64,000 nt of DNA from Octopus sinensis. Lineage: Eukaryota. The notes beneath the pieces were generated by a model, which was not told the origin of the DNA, ran no database searches, and saw nothing but the letters and a program-made list of their open reading frames with translations. A program made the position numbers and the translations under genes. Location of the stretch: assembly GCF_006345805.1 (NCBI RefSeq), contig NW_021832382.1, positions 230,667-294,666 on the forward strand, read 5' to 3'. This document shows, piece after piece, positions 33,572 through 48,150 of the stretch; position 1 is the stretch's first letter, and every line of letters starts with the position of its first letter.

Positions 33572-34189
33572 GATTATTTTTCAGGAACAAGAGAACAAGT
33601 AACTATTTATTCAAATTAATTAAAAATAAGTGAGTTTTCTCTTTTCATTGGCGTGCGGCTGAATAAGAATAGAAATCCCGTGACATTCTATCCTGAGTCC
33701 AACTTATATTTGGAATCCACGTGCGATGAAATTTCTATGACCGCATCACTCGTCGAACCCGAGTTTCCGGCACAGGCAGCCTTTGGGAATCAAACCCAAA
33801 AAAGTCAGCATTCGGTTGCTTGTTCTAATGAGTAGTTTATGTACAATGTGAGGTACCAAGTTAGTTCACAAAAAATAATTGAAAATAATTTTCGGTTTAA
33901 TTGTATCGGACAAAAAGGAAATTTAAATAAAAAGTTTTTAAGTTAATCACGTTAAACATTGACTCACAAACTGCGCATGAACTCACACAGTTTTATCAAT
34001 TGTTAGGATTTAAAACCATTTGTGTTCTGTACTGACGGAAACTAACTAGCCCTCTTATGACCAAGTACAAAGTCAGGCTTATTTTTAGGCATAAATTTGA
34101 AGGCAAAAAATTTAGAATTTTCCGAAGGTAAGTAAAAAAAATTGAAAGGTCAACGTGCAAATCGAAATTTAAAGTAATGTCCACAGCAA

Positions 34190-37018
34190 ATCAGCTTTCC
34201 AATAAACAAAAACATAATTAAAAACAACCTCAAGCAAGAAAAGCCTTCACTTCACAGTGACCTAAGACGGAGACTCACAGAAAATAAAAATTCGATAGCA
34301 GATTTCCGTCCTCAGACAGACTTGCTCAACGAAAACTATCAAAACACACAAGAACGACTGGAAGTGACAGCCAAAATAGACGACTCGACATCTCAGTCCG
34401 CAGTGGGAAGTTTTTATGGCCTTCCTTCAAAAGTGGAAGAAATATTGCGTTATCGTCGTGGCATCGAAAAGCTGTATGGTATTCGGCTTTAATTATCAAT
34501 GCAAGACTGGCAGGTGGAGGCCCTGTCAATGCCCACAATTCGTTCGGGAGGGAACCTGATAATATCTCTTCCCACTAGCGGAGGCAAGACTTTGATGGCA
34601 GAGCTGCTCACTCTCCGAACAATATTGTGCCACAGTAAAAATGTGATTATCGTCCTTCCATTTGTGGCTATTGTAAAGGAGAAGGTCGACTCGTTTACTG
34701 AGTTTTCGGTCGAGTTGGACTTTCGGGTAGAGGAATACGCAGGAGGACGAGGAATGTTGCCACCAGTCAAACGTAGCCGTCGTTCTGTTTACATTTGCAC
34801 TATTGAGAAAGCCAACTCTTTGTTTGACAGTCTTGTTTGCAATGAACGCAATGGGGAAGTGGGATTGATTATTGTTGACGAGGTTCGGTTATTTTGAGGA
34901 TTGAAAGTTGCATATGTTGGGTGGAGGAGGTTCGCGGGGTGCTTTGTTGGAGGGATTTATGACTAAGGCAATGTTTTCCTCGCCAAACCTGCAAATGATC
35001 GGAATGAGTTCGACATTGGCTCGAATTGATGATTTGAAATGTTTCATGTCCGCGGAGTATTTTACAAGTCATTTTCGACCAGTGGAGTTGAATCAATATC
35101 TAAAAGTGGGGACTAGCATTTATCGTTTGTGCCCTGACGACAGAAGCACGTTCGAGTTATGTCGTACAGTCCACTTTCCTGTACTTATGTTGTCCGCTAT
35201 AGACAGTACAGTAAAGAAATGAAAGAGGTTGACTGTGATCATTTGGCTGGACTTGTGTCAGAAGTAGTGCCCAACAAGTCGTGCTTAATATTCTGTCCCA
35301 CCCGAAAGAACTGTGAGAGCATAGCCTTAATGTTGGCCACACTAATGCCCAAGAACTTTCGTCGTCTCAAAGTGAACGGGAAGAAGACACTTCTCCACGA
35401 TTTGGAAAATGAGTCTAACGGGTGTCTATGCAGTGTGTTGAGTCAGACATTGTTATATGGAGTGGCCTACCACCACGGAGGACTTACCAATGAGGAGAGA
35501 AAGTTGTTGGAAGATGCTTTCGCAGCAAAGATTGTCGTTGTGTTGTGCTGCACATCTACTTTGGCTGCAGGAGTCAATTTGCCTGCACAGAGAGTGATCA
35601 TTCGGTCTCCTTTTGTGGGGGTTGAGGCGATGTCCCCTTCTCAATATAGACAAATGAGTGGCCGTGCAGGGAGGGCAGGGTTGGACGAGGTGGGCGAAAG
35701 TTATCTTATTCTTGAAGATAGTCGTCAGAATGTGGTGGAATCCTTGTTATAATATTACAGGCGATAGCTTTGATGGGTGGATCGTGTTCTGATGATCCGA
35801 TGTGTTGTCGCAGTTGTCTGTTGGAGGAGAATGGTCGATTTGTTCTCAATCTAGTTCTATCGGCTGTTGCAATTGGGGTAGGTTCTCAGATTTAATCACT
35901 GGAATAGTTAGTGACTTCCATTGAGCAAATTATTGTATTTGGACGGCGAACATTGGCATATCAACAATTTATGAATGAGACTGACGAATTATTCCGAATT
36001 TGTCTAGATTGGCTTATTTCTAACATTCTGGTCATGACTGGGAAGGACTGTTGTTTGAGAGTAACTCCATTGGGAAAAGCAGTTTGCAAGGGTATGTGCT
36101 TTACTTTCCACTACCAGGAGCTGTGGACATTAATATCTGCAAGGAATTATATTCCAATCTGCAGTTTGGACTGGCGAGAGGACTAGTTTTGCACAGTTAT
36201 TTCCATTTAATAACTCTGGTCACTCCTTATGATATTCCAGTGAAACCAGATTTTAGAATATTGTTAAGACAAGTAACCTGGTCATAGTCATTTGTCAGGT
36301 GGAGTCTTTAGGAGGAGGGGAGTTGTTGGTTATGAACGGAATGGGTATATCCGAGGAATACATCACCATGCGTGCTGGCAATAAGAAGGTGAAAGAGGTT
36401 TGATTGTATCGAGTGAATTGGAGATTGTGAGTGACGTCTCCCTTAGTAGATTCTACTTGGCCCTCATGCTGAATGCACTTTGTAATCACAAGACTATTCC
36501 ACAAGTGGCTGATATTTATCAAGTTGGTGTGGATACCCATTTCTAGGTCAATCGGGGATTTGTACAAAATCTAGTCAACTCTGCTGGATCATTCGCTTCC
36601 AATTTAATTCATTTTGTAGAGGCTGGGTGTTATTTGGTTATGGTTAGGAGTTGGAAGAGTTCTGGGCATATAAAATGATTTTTCCTCCATTCGTAGCTCG
36701 TCTGAACTCTTCAATGCGCACAGAATTGACCCCTCTGCTAACTCTCCCATATGTCAATCAGGTAGGACTGTCCTAACTCATCAGAGATTCGGGCTAAGCA
36801 AATGTTTCAAGCTGGATTCAAGAGTTTACAAATAATTGCGTACTCTCCACCACGAGAACTTGTCAATCGTGTTCCGAATGTATCCGATGGAGTGGCTTGG
36901 AAGATTGTCAAGTCAGCTTTGGTTCGCCTAGTATTTAATATCTAAGCAATCAATTAGCGATGAAGCGGAACTACTCATGCAAGAGGCCGAGAGAGTCATT
37001 TCCCGACCAGACAAATGA
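34190..37018 (+). CDS. HELQ: HELQ/mus301 DNA-repair helicase (5' end uncertain), at least 12 micro-introns
   Basis: FYGLPSKV..GIEKLYDWQ, LPTSGGKT, CTIEKAN, VDE|LHM, AYHHGGLT, TSTLAAGVNLPA, QMSGRAGRAG, ELEEFWAY, RAKQMFQAG. No polymerase domain. Confidence 0.92.
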
Positions 37019-37147
37019 CATTGTTGAATATATATTTATCTTTTTTAAATAACTATTTCCGAATTCAGGTTTGACGAGTACTTTTTTCTATAGTTACTCG
37101 TTTTATAACGTTTGTAGCATAGGAATTATATATTATAACAAAATTTC

Positions 37148-39229
37148 TTAATTATCGGTTCTTTCAAGTTTTTTGATAAAAATGTCGCGTACTGCACGAA
37201 ATTCTCCACAGTTGTTGAGATGCTCATTTTCGAGACGGAAATAATTCCAAATGAAACGTCTTAAATTATATAAAAATTAAACCGGAAGATTTCAATAAGT
37301 GCAAGAATAGTTTTTATCGATTCATTGAGTGGAGTAATCCAAATTATGACCCACGAGAATCTTGCCAGTAGGTTTTCAACAATCGCAAAATAATATACCA
37401 CCTATAATTATGACACATTCGTCATACTGTAGTATTATAAATTAAATTTTCACGAAGAAATATATTTTTATTTCTGAAACAAAGAAGACTCCAGTCCATC
37501 CAGTAATCCCATATGAGACTGTAGACCGTCCTTATTAGAGTCGATACGACAGCAAAGACAGTTATTAACGACAAATCAAATATGATGCCTGTCTTCTGTA
37601 AACGAAGTAGCAAGAATGCAACAATTTCGACAATTGAACTAAAATACTTTCCAGCGTTGACCAAATGTGGGAAACTGTTTCTTGAATCAAAGTAGCGTCT
37701 CAGACACTGGGAAATGCGAATATAAACAGGAATCACTGCCAAAATATAAAACCCATACACATTGTGATTCATTCGAAAATCTGAAATTAAAAGAGAACGT
37801 CAAGAACCTGAAGAATTGTCGCTGATGGCCTTCGAGAACAAAACAAACAATTCAATTTGTGCTAGAACATATACCATGCTTGTGAGCTGATCACCTAACC
37901 AAAAATCTGCAAAGGTAACTGGAAGGAACCCAGCCGAAAGTAAGCGTCCCTAAGAAATATTATTTAAAACCCAACAAAATGACGAATAGTCCAAAACCTA
38001 CTGGAATAGAAAAGTATATTCATTGGATTGATTAGGAGAGCAAATAAAACGACCCAAAATATGATTGAAGGCAAGAACTCGCTGATTTCTAAAAATCGGT
38101 GCATCAGCCAAAGAGTGGCGCTCAAGTTAACAAATAACCCTACAAATCCAGAAATCTGAGAATACAAAATTGTCTTAAACCATGAAGTAATGCATGTATG
38201 AAAGATGATCTCGGGGATTAAGCTCAAAAATAAGCACGTGGTTCACTCCTGAACGTTCCCAGCCATACACGTTAAAACCAAGAAATAAAACAAACAACGC
38301 AAGGATAATTTTTCCTCTGAATAAAATGTTGAATCTATCCCAGTCATAGCTCTGTGTTGAATGATTCGCTATGTATTAAAAATGTCACTCACCAATAATA
38401 GCGTTCACTACCAAGAGCACAATATTCGCCGAAAAAAAACAGCCAGCCATAAATGTAGTGCCAGGGAAATATTTCTGCAGTTAATCATGTGAATCAAACA
38501 TCCTGAAAAGGCGGGACTCGTAGTTTAGACATGCCCTTTGTTCGATTTCCCTCCTCAAGGATATTGATGTATATTTTCTGACATGTGAATGAAAAGAGTA
38601 CTTCTGTTTCATCGATAATGCTGTCAATTCTGTCATCAGTTGTGAAATAAGCTAAATCAACAAATTTTATCTTGTAGTTCATGCCCAGGCAGGAGACCAT
38701 AATCTATGAGTATGTACAAGACATTGTGCCTTGTCGTATTTCTTGAGAATTTTCCGAAATCCCGTCGAATTTAATGCCTGGTAGTTTTGCAAGAGTACTG
38801 CAGACAAATAGAGTTCTTGGAACGCGAATTTAAGGTTTTTGTAAGTTTTTCTAAACTTTCTACAATTTTTGACCGAAGCAATTTCGTTCATTGTCTCAAG
38901 TGAGCATTTTAGCTCGTAAAATTTTCTTTCCGTGACTGCTTTTTTTTCTATGAAATAAAAACGAGAGTATACCGCTATAGAAGTTGTTAATTTTTACCAG
39001 TTGCTTATTCAGCATATCAAAGAAAATAGTTTGGAATTCAGACTCGCCTCCTTTATTTTTGGAAACTAAAAATTTCCTGAATTTAACAATACTTCGAGCT
39101 TTTTCAGCATAGATGACATCTTTAAGACGCTAATAACCTTAGCTACCAAAAATGATATACTCTGTACTCAATGTATTGAATTCGCCATTCTGGAGTAATG
39201 TGAGCATCCAGGTGCTTTCTGAACTTCAT
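37148..39229 (-). CDS. XPR1: XPR1/SYG1 phosphate exporter (SPX + EXS)
   Basis: [94 protein letters not shown]. Confidence 0.95.
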
Positions 39230-40235
39230 TTTCGAACGACTGACAATCATAATTTAAATAAATTCAAACATACGTGCATTTAATGACCTAATTTTAATAT
39301 TCCAATTAAATATTTTTCTTATTAATGTCTTCATCACTTATCGTCTAGTTTTGTGTCGGGACATTCAGACAGCGTGATCGTGACGCTATTTCCCCCCAGG
39401 CCAGGAGAAGATATCTACTCAATTCTTGACTTCTTTCAAACGCAGATTTGCGTTAAGCGAAGATTGAAAGACTGAGAAAGAGTAGGCCATCTGATTCGGG
39501 ACATCCTGAGACCTTTTTTCGACACAAGAATCTGAAGTTTGCGATACGGTTTACAAGAGCTATCAAAATGTCCGACGACTTGAACTTAATTTGGATGAAA
39601 TAAGCTGATTCTTTTCTAATTCTTGTTAAGTCACGAAGACTAATCTTTTAGAAACACTTCTTTGCTCTTTCAAAAAGAACAAAGGTTGTCGAGTGGTGGT
39701 GCCTTCAAGCCTACAATCAAATTCTTTATCCATCCGTCGGTGAACTGTTTACAATCCCGAAAAATGCAGTGATTTTAGTTCGAATCAAGATAAATTTCAA
39801 TTTAATTTCCCAAAAGTTAATTTAGATTCCTTGTAATAAAGAAGAATGAACAGCAAAATGAGAATGTAGAGATCAAAATATTAAATAAACATTGGAGATA
39901 CTATATTTTATAATTAGCTAGAATGTCCATATTCTGAAAGATTACAGACGAATTCTTCTCTTCATCTACAAAAGTTTATAACGGAAAATGTTACTATTAT
40001 CTCAAAATTGTCCAACGATATTTTCAACATTAAAGTGAGTGAGTAATCTGACCAAAATTCACTCCAAAAGACTTTAAAAAGTAGTTACAAATGATTAATT
40101 AATCAGTATTTTCTAATAAATAGTCGTTAATTTAACAATCATTGACATTGATGAGAACCTTTATGGTTTCAACCTCGGCTTAAATTCATTGTTATTATAA
40201 TAAAATCATCATGTTAGTAAAATAATTAATTAAAA

Positions 40236-41809
40236 TTATAGATCAGTTGATGTGTTCGAAACTTTTTTTTGAATGGCCCAACTCTGAATGTCTCCTTTAG
40301 CGAAAATATTAAATAATAAAAATCCAATAAGCTCAACAACAAGCATAATGACGTAAGTGTACTGCCATTCGGACTTTTTATGCTATAAACTGATAATCAA
40401 AAACCCCACCGTATCGGTTATAATAAGATAAGCAGATTGAATTGACAATACACCAGCCAATGATCCCAACGTATTAGCAATCCCGACCACAATTCCGTAA
40501 TATTGAGGGGCAATATCCCCAATGTTAGCCAAAGTGATTGAAATATGAACTCCCGAAAAGTAGCAGGCAACCAAAATCAAAAATATTCCGACTCCATATT
40601 TTTCAGCCGGAAAAAGAGTGGATAGCATGAGGAAAATTCCCACTGGCAAAAGAGCTACACATAAATTAAAAAAGATACAAAAAATGTTAAAAATTTTTCG
40701 CATTTTAATTTTTGAAATTAAATTTCTTTTTTGAATCATATCTGCCATAGTACAGAAACTGACTCCTCCCAGCCATGTAAAAACAGGGGTTAAAAAAGTC
40801 ATAAAAGTTTGCTAAAAATAAATATTAAAAAATACATCTTTGACTTCAATTTTGTAGAGATCAAGCATCATTGAAGGGACCAGAGTTACAATATAAAACA
40901 AGCTCCAACAAGCAGAAAAGTGACACATTACTACCGCCCAGACTGGCATTGACAAAAGCATTTTTTTATACGGAAAGTTCTTGGTTTAATTTATGTTCAT
41001 ACCTTGTAATCGGAGACTTGTTCTCGCTCAGCATTTTGCTTTACATAGTCTTTTTCTTGTTGAGTAATCCACCTGTTGTCTTTTGGGTCGTCGGTTGTAA
41101 AGATAAGCCATGAAATGGCCCAAAGAAGACCAAAACCACCTAAAAATAATTTTGATTAAAAAATGACCAAAAATATAAAACGAAACTCTCCACAGTTCAG
41201 GATTATGTGCCAGTCCAGATGTAACCAACAATGACAAAATTGTCCCAAAAAACGTTCCTATTTTGTATTCAGAATGTAAAATAAACCGGGAAATAATAAT
41301 CCGATTGTTGTCGCCCGTATTTTTGGAGGATACCAGTTTGCAATAATTACAAGCAGACAAGGAAGAAAGGCTGCCTGAGACTTTAAATTCTTGAAAAACC
41401 TGTGCTAAGCCCATTATTATCCTCAGGACTACGAGAGAATAAGGTGATTTTTCAAGTGATAAAGGAGTTATGAAGCATGAAAGACTGGAAAAGAGGATTG
41501 AGACGAGGAAAGTTTTCTTTGGACCATATTTTTCGGCAGCAATTCCGGACAATACTTGTGTAAACAAATATCCTGCATAAAATGACATTAGGACGACAGA
41601 TTTTTCTAGTTTTGTCCATTGGATTTTCTAAAATTTATTTTGGAAAGTACATTAGGGTCCCCACTAATAGAAACAATTTGTGCAATGATGACATTAACCG
41701 TTTGCCGTTGACTGTACGTGACAGCCAGACCCCAGAAAGTGTGTATTCCGATTATTAGTCGACCTCGCATCGAAATTTTTGTGCATTTCTGTAGCTCTGG
41801 TTGTTCCAT
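40236..41809 (-). CDS. SLC17/ACS-family MFS anion transporter (sialin-like)
   Basis: SFYAGYLFTQVLSG, LRIIMGLAQG, WRVSFYIFG, PYKKMLLSMPVWA, DIAPQYYGIVVGIANT, FAKGDIQSWA; multiple micro-introns. Confidence 0.88.
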
Positions 41810-42059
41810 TTTTGTTTAATATTAAAAATGCTATTTATAAAAAACAAAACCGCATTATGTATACACCCAAATTCTTTGTGGGATTTGGTTAATTAACCGA
41901 CTATTTTCTTAGCTAGCATCTAATTTTGTTTTTGATCTTCGTATGATTAGCCTAATTTTTATTTTCACAAAAAATCACCAAAAAAATCTAAAAATAACAA
42001 ATATTGATCCCATATTTCCTTTAAATTATTAATAAGTATTTGATTTTTATTAATTCCTT

Positions 42060-42900
42060 TGCTCTTCGATTCGCCTTTGAGCAAATCGCATATTTTCATC
42101 AGTCCAGCTTCCCATTCTTGTAACAATGGGTTTTGGAGGTAGTCTTACGATCTCATATTGCCCACAAAATAAGTTTAAAAACGTATTCTTGAATATTTAA
42201 AATCTTGAATTATTATTTGTGACCAGTTGAGTACAAGCTTTATCTAATAGAGGATTTCTGGAGACCGAAGGAAAAGTTTAATGTTACTTATGAACATGAG
42301 ATGGTTAGTGCTAAAACACCTTTTATCATTTTTGATCTACATTTGTTTAAATTGGGCAAAGATGACTCTACTTAGAGGTTCTAAGTAAAGGACGAAAAAC
42401 AATGGAGACGTAGTGCAGCCTTGTGATATAGCATTCTCTAGTTTAACCAAGCCTATATCGCATTTGTTGTAGTATAGATGAATATTCCATTGTCCATCAA
42501 TGTTGTAACAAATTTGATAAACTAAAAAGGCAATTTGAGACTCCGAAGGTACTGAAAAAATCCACCCACATCGACATTAATGAGTTCACAAGGCCTTTTG
42601 TGGGGCATTTGTTGACCGATGCCTGTTCCCTGGCAATTTCTCTGAGTATTTAACTAGTTTATGGAGAGAATCCCCTTCACCTCTACAAAATATCGGACTT
42701 CAGTAACCACTGGCTTAGTCATCAACTTATATAGGTTGAACATACTTATTATCTGACAAAAATGTTTCAAAGAAGACGGGTTATCTGCTTTAGCAATCAT
42801 GAAAATGACCTTAGTGCATAAAAATTCTGAAATCGAGACAGGATTAAGTGTAAACTGTACAGTTGTTAATACATGCAATCGTGGAGTGGTTTGCAATTTT
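42060..42900 (-). mobile_element. R4/Dong-like RT relic
   Basis: LYKLMTK..ILSIN*L..RNCQG, SQGCTTSPLFFVLYLEPLSR, NHLMFISNIKL. Confidence 0.6.
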
Positions 42901-43499
42901 GTATTAAGAAGTTATACACTTTATCGTCCCTAATTGTCTTTCAGTCAGAGAGGTTGGAGTTAGCAACGATCTAAGACTCTGTCAGCATAAGTCCATCGGA
43001 TCCACATAGCGCAAACGACATACGCCCTTTCAAAGTAATCCCACATGTGTCAAGCATTTTTCCTTATACTGGATACTCTCGTTCTCTTCCCGTGCATCTG
43101 CAGATAGAAAAATTTGCAATTAAACTCAAACAAGTTGTTTTCTTGCCAACGTTGACGCCGAAATTCGTGAGGTGAGAGCTTCTGACTAACAAGAATCAGC
43201 TCTCCCTTTTTTGCTCGGACACGCATCAACTCATTAAAGTTTCAAAATCAATAATCATTGATTAAATCATTCCGATTCTGGCGCTTGAGTTAGGTATATT
43301 TTTTTCTTTATGTCGAGAAGATCTGAAGTAGCTCGGCCGAGAGAATGGCCAGATCAACAGGGGTCTGGAGAATAAATATCGACATGTGAAGGAAGCTAGG
43401 GAATGATGCGTATAGGGAGTAATGCTGGCACCATCCCAAAAAATCAAATTCGACATTGCATATAAATTCAATCTTCGAACGGAGGTAGTTTCCAAGATC

Positions 43500-44520
43500 C
43501 GTAAGAATGTCTTCATGCAGATAACATGGTGCACTTCTGAAGGAGTAGAGTAATTTGGACAAGGAAAATGTTTTTCGGGGGAAACAAGCCGACGTGGCTT
43601 TCTAAAGTTGTAAGGCGATCCAACAGACAAATGAGCGTGGAATGTTTAATAAGAAAACTAGTCTTAATAGCGGTCGGTAGAATGGCGAATCCGAAAATCA
43701 GGAGATCATTGACATCAGTCATGTGTACTTGACCAAGAACAGTGCGAAGGGACGACGCCAAACCGTTCATTACCAAGTTGAGGCTAACTAATTCAATTTG
43801 ATTCATGTGATTTTTCAAGAATTTTATGGAAAAAAATACAATCCTGAAGATGAAAGAAAAGGAGAAAGAGAAAGGTCTATCGCGGAGAAAAATCCCAGAC
43901 CGCCAAAAGAAACAAGAAGTTTTGACTGACACCAACCAACGTCATCAAACTTGATATTAAAAATCTTCTCAGCGGAAGGACGTACCGGAGCATCGAATGA
44001 ATCCAAATCAATAGGAATAGAATAGCAGCGAAAACTCATTAGTACATAATTGATTCTCGGGATCAAAAGATAATTTTTGAAAATGAAATAAGCAGAGTTA
44101 TGATCAATATCTACAAGTTTATTACAAAGAGAAGAAAGAATATTCCTCTTGGAATTAAAAATACAGATATGAGAATTGGTCATGGATCAGAGCACCCAAG
44201 ATTTGGAGATCAACAATAGAAGTATGCCTCAAATCGGACAGCAGGCCCCGACACCGAACAAAAATTTTTTTCAAAGCTGACACGATCGATGTTAAAATTT
44301 ACACTTTCAGATTCGAGAGAATTAATTTAAAGACCAATAAATGACAAAGCTGAGATTAGAGACTCCAAGTCATTTAACGAAATATTAGGCGGACCACCGA
44401 TATAATACAATCATCCAAATACCGGAGATTAAGAAGAAATTTATTTTTGCGGGCAACAAAATCTACTGAAAAAGCAAAAAATAATGAACCCAAAGGATCG
44501 TTTTGCAGTACAAAAAGTCT
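43500..44520 (-). mobile_element. Degenerate CRE element
   Basis: FKNYLLIPRINYVL..GGLG..DLSLSPFLSS matches IKNYLFIPRLTYLF..GGIG..DISIPCYLSS of the full element. Confidence 0.75.
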
Positions 44521-44917
44521 AGACCAATGTTAAACTCTTTTCACACAAAGTTAGTTTTCTTGTTGTTTGTGCAAGGTGGCTAATACAAAAATAACTTTAT
44601 TTCGAAAGAAAAAACAATGCATACTGCAAAAGCACAATTTTTTTTTATAATATAGAAAAAATAAATGTAATTGCTAAGTAGAATAGTTATTATAAGTTTA
44701 AATTGCAGATAGAAAAAGTTAGCAGATTCTTTCAAGTAAATAATTAATTTTTTTAATCGATTACAGCTATTTTTTAATAATCTTTGTTTTAAATGCTCGA
44801 GTTTTTATATGGTAAAACGATTAAATTAAAATTCTTTTTAAAAAGCCATAGTAGCGTAGCCATTTCATGGCTAATTAGCATTACAATTAAATACAGAAAT
44901 AACAAATTAAATTAATT

Positions 44918-45843
44918 ATGAACTTAATCACCATTTGGAATATTAAAAAAACATTTATAGTAACAACAATTTTTATCTTTCAGGTATAAATACAATTTTC
45001 CTATAAAGATTTTTGTGGGTAGTTTACTGTCAATTGCAATATATTCTTTCTTACTCACAGCCAAAAATTTAACGGTGGAAACAACTTCAAGAATTTTTTC
45101 CTTCTTTATATATCCCGGTGGAATATTTATAATTATTCTATTCGTAACTCTTTTTTTTAATGGGATGGGATGCTTCGGAATACTTAGAGAACATAGATCA
45201 TGCTTTAAAATGGTAGCATAACTATAAAATTTAATTAATTTAGTTTTACAAGTGGTTAATATTTTTATTATCAGTATTAGCATTGCTAACAGTTTACATC
45301 TGTTTGTACGTTTCTATTCCCCAAATTAGAAATGCCGTTAATAATCAACATATAGGAGAAAAAATGTCATTTTTGATTAAAAAATACCAAAATGATGAAA
45401 ATTTAAAGAATATTATTGATTCGATCCAACAAGAGGTTCGTAAAATGCAATTCAAATTGATTTAGTTTAAATGCTGTGGATTTGACAGTCCCGAAGATTG
45501 GGATCAAAACATCTATTTTAATCAGTCATCTAATAATTTAGCTAAAGAGCGCGGTGGAGTTCCTTTTTCTTGCTGCACTAACAATAAGTCAAATCTTAAT
45601 TGCGGAAATGGAGTTCGGGTATGCAAGACATTAAATTTAATTTACTAGATTCATGCTCAGATAACAAATTATTATCATCAAGGATGTCTAACTACTTTTA
45701 AAAAACTAACGATCAAATATAAAAGCTATATTTTAGGTTTTCTTGGAGCATATATTGCAATTCTGGTTGTATATTTAAAAATATTATAGTTCTGTTTTTT
45801 ATTTATTGTAAGAAATGCATTTGGAAATTTTCACCTTTACTAA
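44918..45843 (+). CDS. Tetraspanin of TspanC8 (TSPAN5/14/17/33-like) type
   Basis: Four TM segments, GCFGILRE, YQNDENLKNIIDSIQQE|FKCCG..DWDQNIYFN..ER.GVPFSCC..CG..GC; 5 micro-introns. Confidence 0.88.
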
Positions 45844-45914
45844 TATGTTAATGTTACTAATCTTTTAAAATTATTAAAAAATAATTTTCAAAATTATTTT
45901 ATTTTTCTATTCAA

Positions 45915-46080
45915 GTTGGACCCGAGAGAGGGCCTCTGGTTCCGCCAGCGCATCGGTCTGGCCATTGTTCGCGGCAACGCACACTGCGTCTTTGCCGCTG
46001 GGACTTAACGCTTTTCTTCTATCTCTTTGTTTTTTAAGTGAATGGAATTCAATTCGTCGAAAAAAATATATTGTAAATTT
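45915..46080 (+). mobile_element. Extremely 5'-truncated CRE copy (last ~30 codons + 3' UTR)
   Basis: DPREGLWFRQRIGLAIVRGNAHCVFAAGT*; possible TSD TATTCAA (45908-45914, 46081-46087). Confidence 0.75.
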
Positions 46081-46799
46081 TATTCAACACCATATTTTAG
46101 ACAAAAATGATTAATTGGTTGATTAAACAACAAATAAATTGTTTAATGATTAGTAAAAATAATAAATATGATTGTCATTTCCATTCAACTGGAAAGAAAT
46201 GCTATACAGGCAAATAAAAGTACAGTTTTAACAGTCAAAATTATACAAAAATTCATATTAACAGATCAAAAAATTCATGCAAGCGAAGTAGATCTTTCTA
46301 AAAAGTTCGAGCATGCCAACAATGATCGGACTGAGACGACGATATTCCAGGGTTAGAGGTCTTGATGTGATTGCTTCAATTTTATTGCAGAATTACTCTG
46401 AAAAATGATGGATACTGAAAACATGATAAAATAATTAAAATTACGGTAAGTTAAACACCGAATATTTAGCTGCCAAGGCGACAAACACCCTGTCATGATC
46501 GTCCGTTCCGATGGGGCTCCAAGATAGACAGTTTCATGCTCTTGGCGGAAAAAGAGTTTACACACGTAGGTATTTAGGAATTAGAAGAAGACTTCGCATA
46601 ACTATAAGTGTTAAGGAAAACTTGTTCATTGTTACTACCTCGTAAATATGAATTGGAGTTTATTCGAATTATATATACGGGAGTCTTTTCAAACTGTCGT
46701 GCTTTAGTCCCTGAGGTGCAGAGATGATATTGAAATATCAACGATCACCTTAGATCGTCAATCATAAAATTCCTGGATACCTAAGCTGAGAAAAATGTA

Positions 46800-48150
46800 T
46801 AAAAATTAAAAAAAAGTCATAAGCATCAAATGAATCAGAAACCTGTTACATGATCAGAACGAAAAGTACTCTGGAGAATCGCAGAAGGTGTCGGGTTGAG
46901 TCAATTAAATGCCGCCCGAAAGTCGAGATTAACAAGATCAAATCTATTATTGCAAAAATGGCCAAGATTGAGGTAAAAGTGACCATTATGTGGGGACAAT
47001 AACACAGGAGGAGGTCAAAAAGGCAATTGCTGGATTGAAGAACAAGGCACGTGGCTTTGACTAAATGCCTCAGATATTGTTAAAGAAGACCTCAGAACTT
47101 CTGACACGAGCACTAACTGTGACTTTTGACGTTAGCTGGACGCTTGGACACGTTTCCAGTAGCGTGGAGACATAGGATCGTTCGAATAATACAAAAACTG
47201 GATAAATTAACACTGCTAGCAGCGAACTATCGGCAATTAGCCTCAGCTATGCTTTCTCTAAAACAATCAAACTTTCTTGTTATGTGGAATTCGAAAATTT
47301 GCTCTCACTTGTACAATAGTAATTTCGTAAAAGGAGATGCATAGGGGACTATTTCAAGAAGTTAGAGCACCAACTATCCCGTTCTTACAGAAACAATGCC
47401 TGGGAAACTGTGGTGTGTCTGGACCTCGTAAAATCTTTCGATAACGCACCGCACCTTGGTTATTTGCGAGAGTTCATGAAACCGGAGTCTGCATGAAGAT
47501 CTATCAATGGCTTGAGAACTATTTGTCTGGAAGGAAATCTTTCGTTCGTTGTGGGAATGCCTATCAGGGTGTGTAGAACGTAGAAGGGGAGTCCCGCAGC
47601 GATTGGTCTTGAACCCACTTCTTTTCAAACTCGTTCTGACAGACATTTCCCTGTCGCCCTTACGTACAGGCAAACTTATCATATATGCTAATGACATCTT
47701 GGTCAAGGACACCTCAAAAAGGATTTCCCAGTATTGGAGACGACCTAAGTCATCATTGCCATGCTAAAAAAATAGACAGTAAAAAAGGGCTTGACCCTAA
47801 CACCTGAGAAGAGCACCACTTCATAAATACCAAGTGGGAATCGTTGTGCGATGTCGTGCGCAATGGAGTAATTGTCAAGAGCTTGAATTTACAGTACCTT
47901 GGAGTAATTGTCAACTGTCGTGGGTCGAAGGCCGACCACGTAGCAAATCAGGGGAAGAGGAGTGTGAAGATTTTTAAAACCTTAAGTATGTTCAATCTTG
48001 ATCTGGAAACGTACATCTACGTGGACAGAACGTGTGTACAACTAGTCCTCACATATGGCTACGAGGACTGTTTCGCTTTATCGAACAGTTGAAAAAGATG
48101 TGTCGCATTGAAACTGACTTACAATTTGACGATAGAAGACTTGCAAGAAT
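46800..48150 (+). mobile_element. Degenerate LINE RT, same family as 22736-26154
   Basis: RRGVPQRLVLNPLLF..KLIIYANDILVKD, LQYLGVIV, TCVQLVLTYGYE. Confidence 0.8.

Noticed and set aside
33600-34190. Separate small gene or HELQ first exons
   Set aside because: No motif or consistent splice model could be built; left unannotated.
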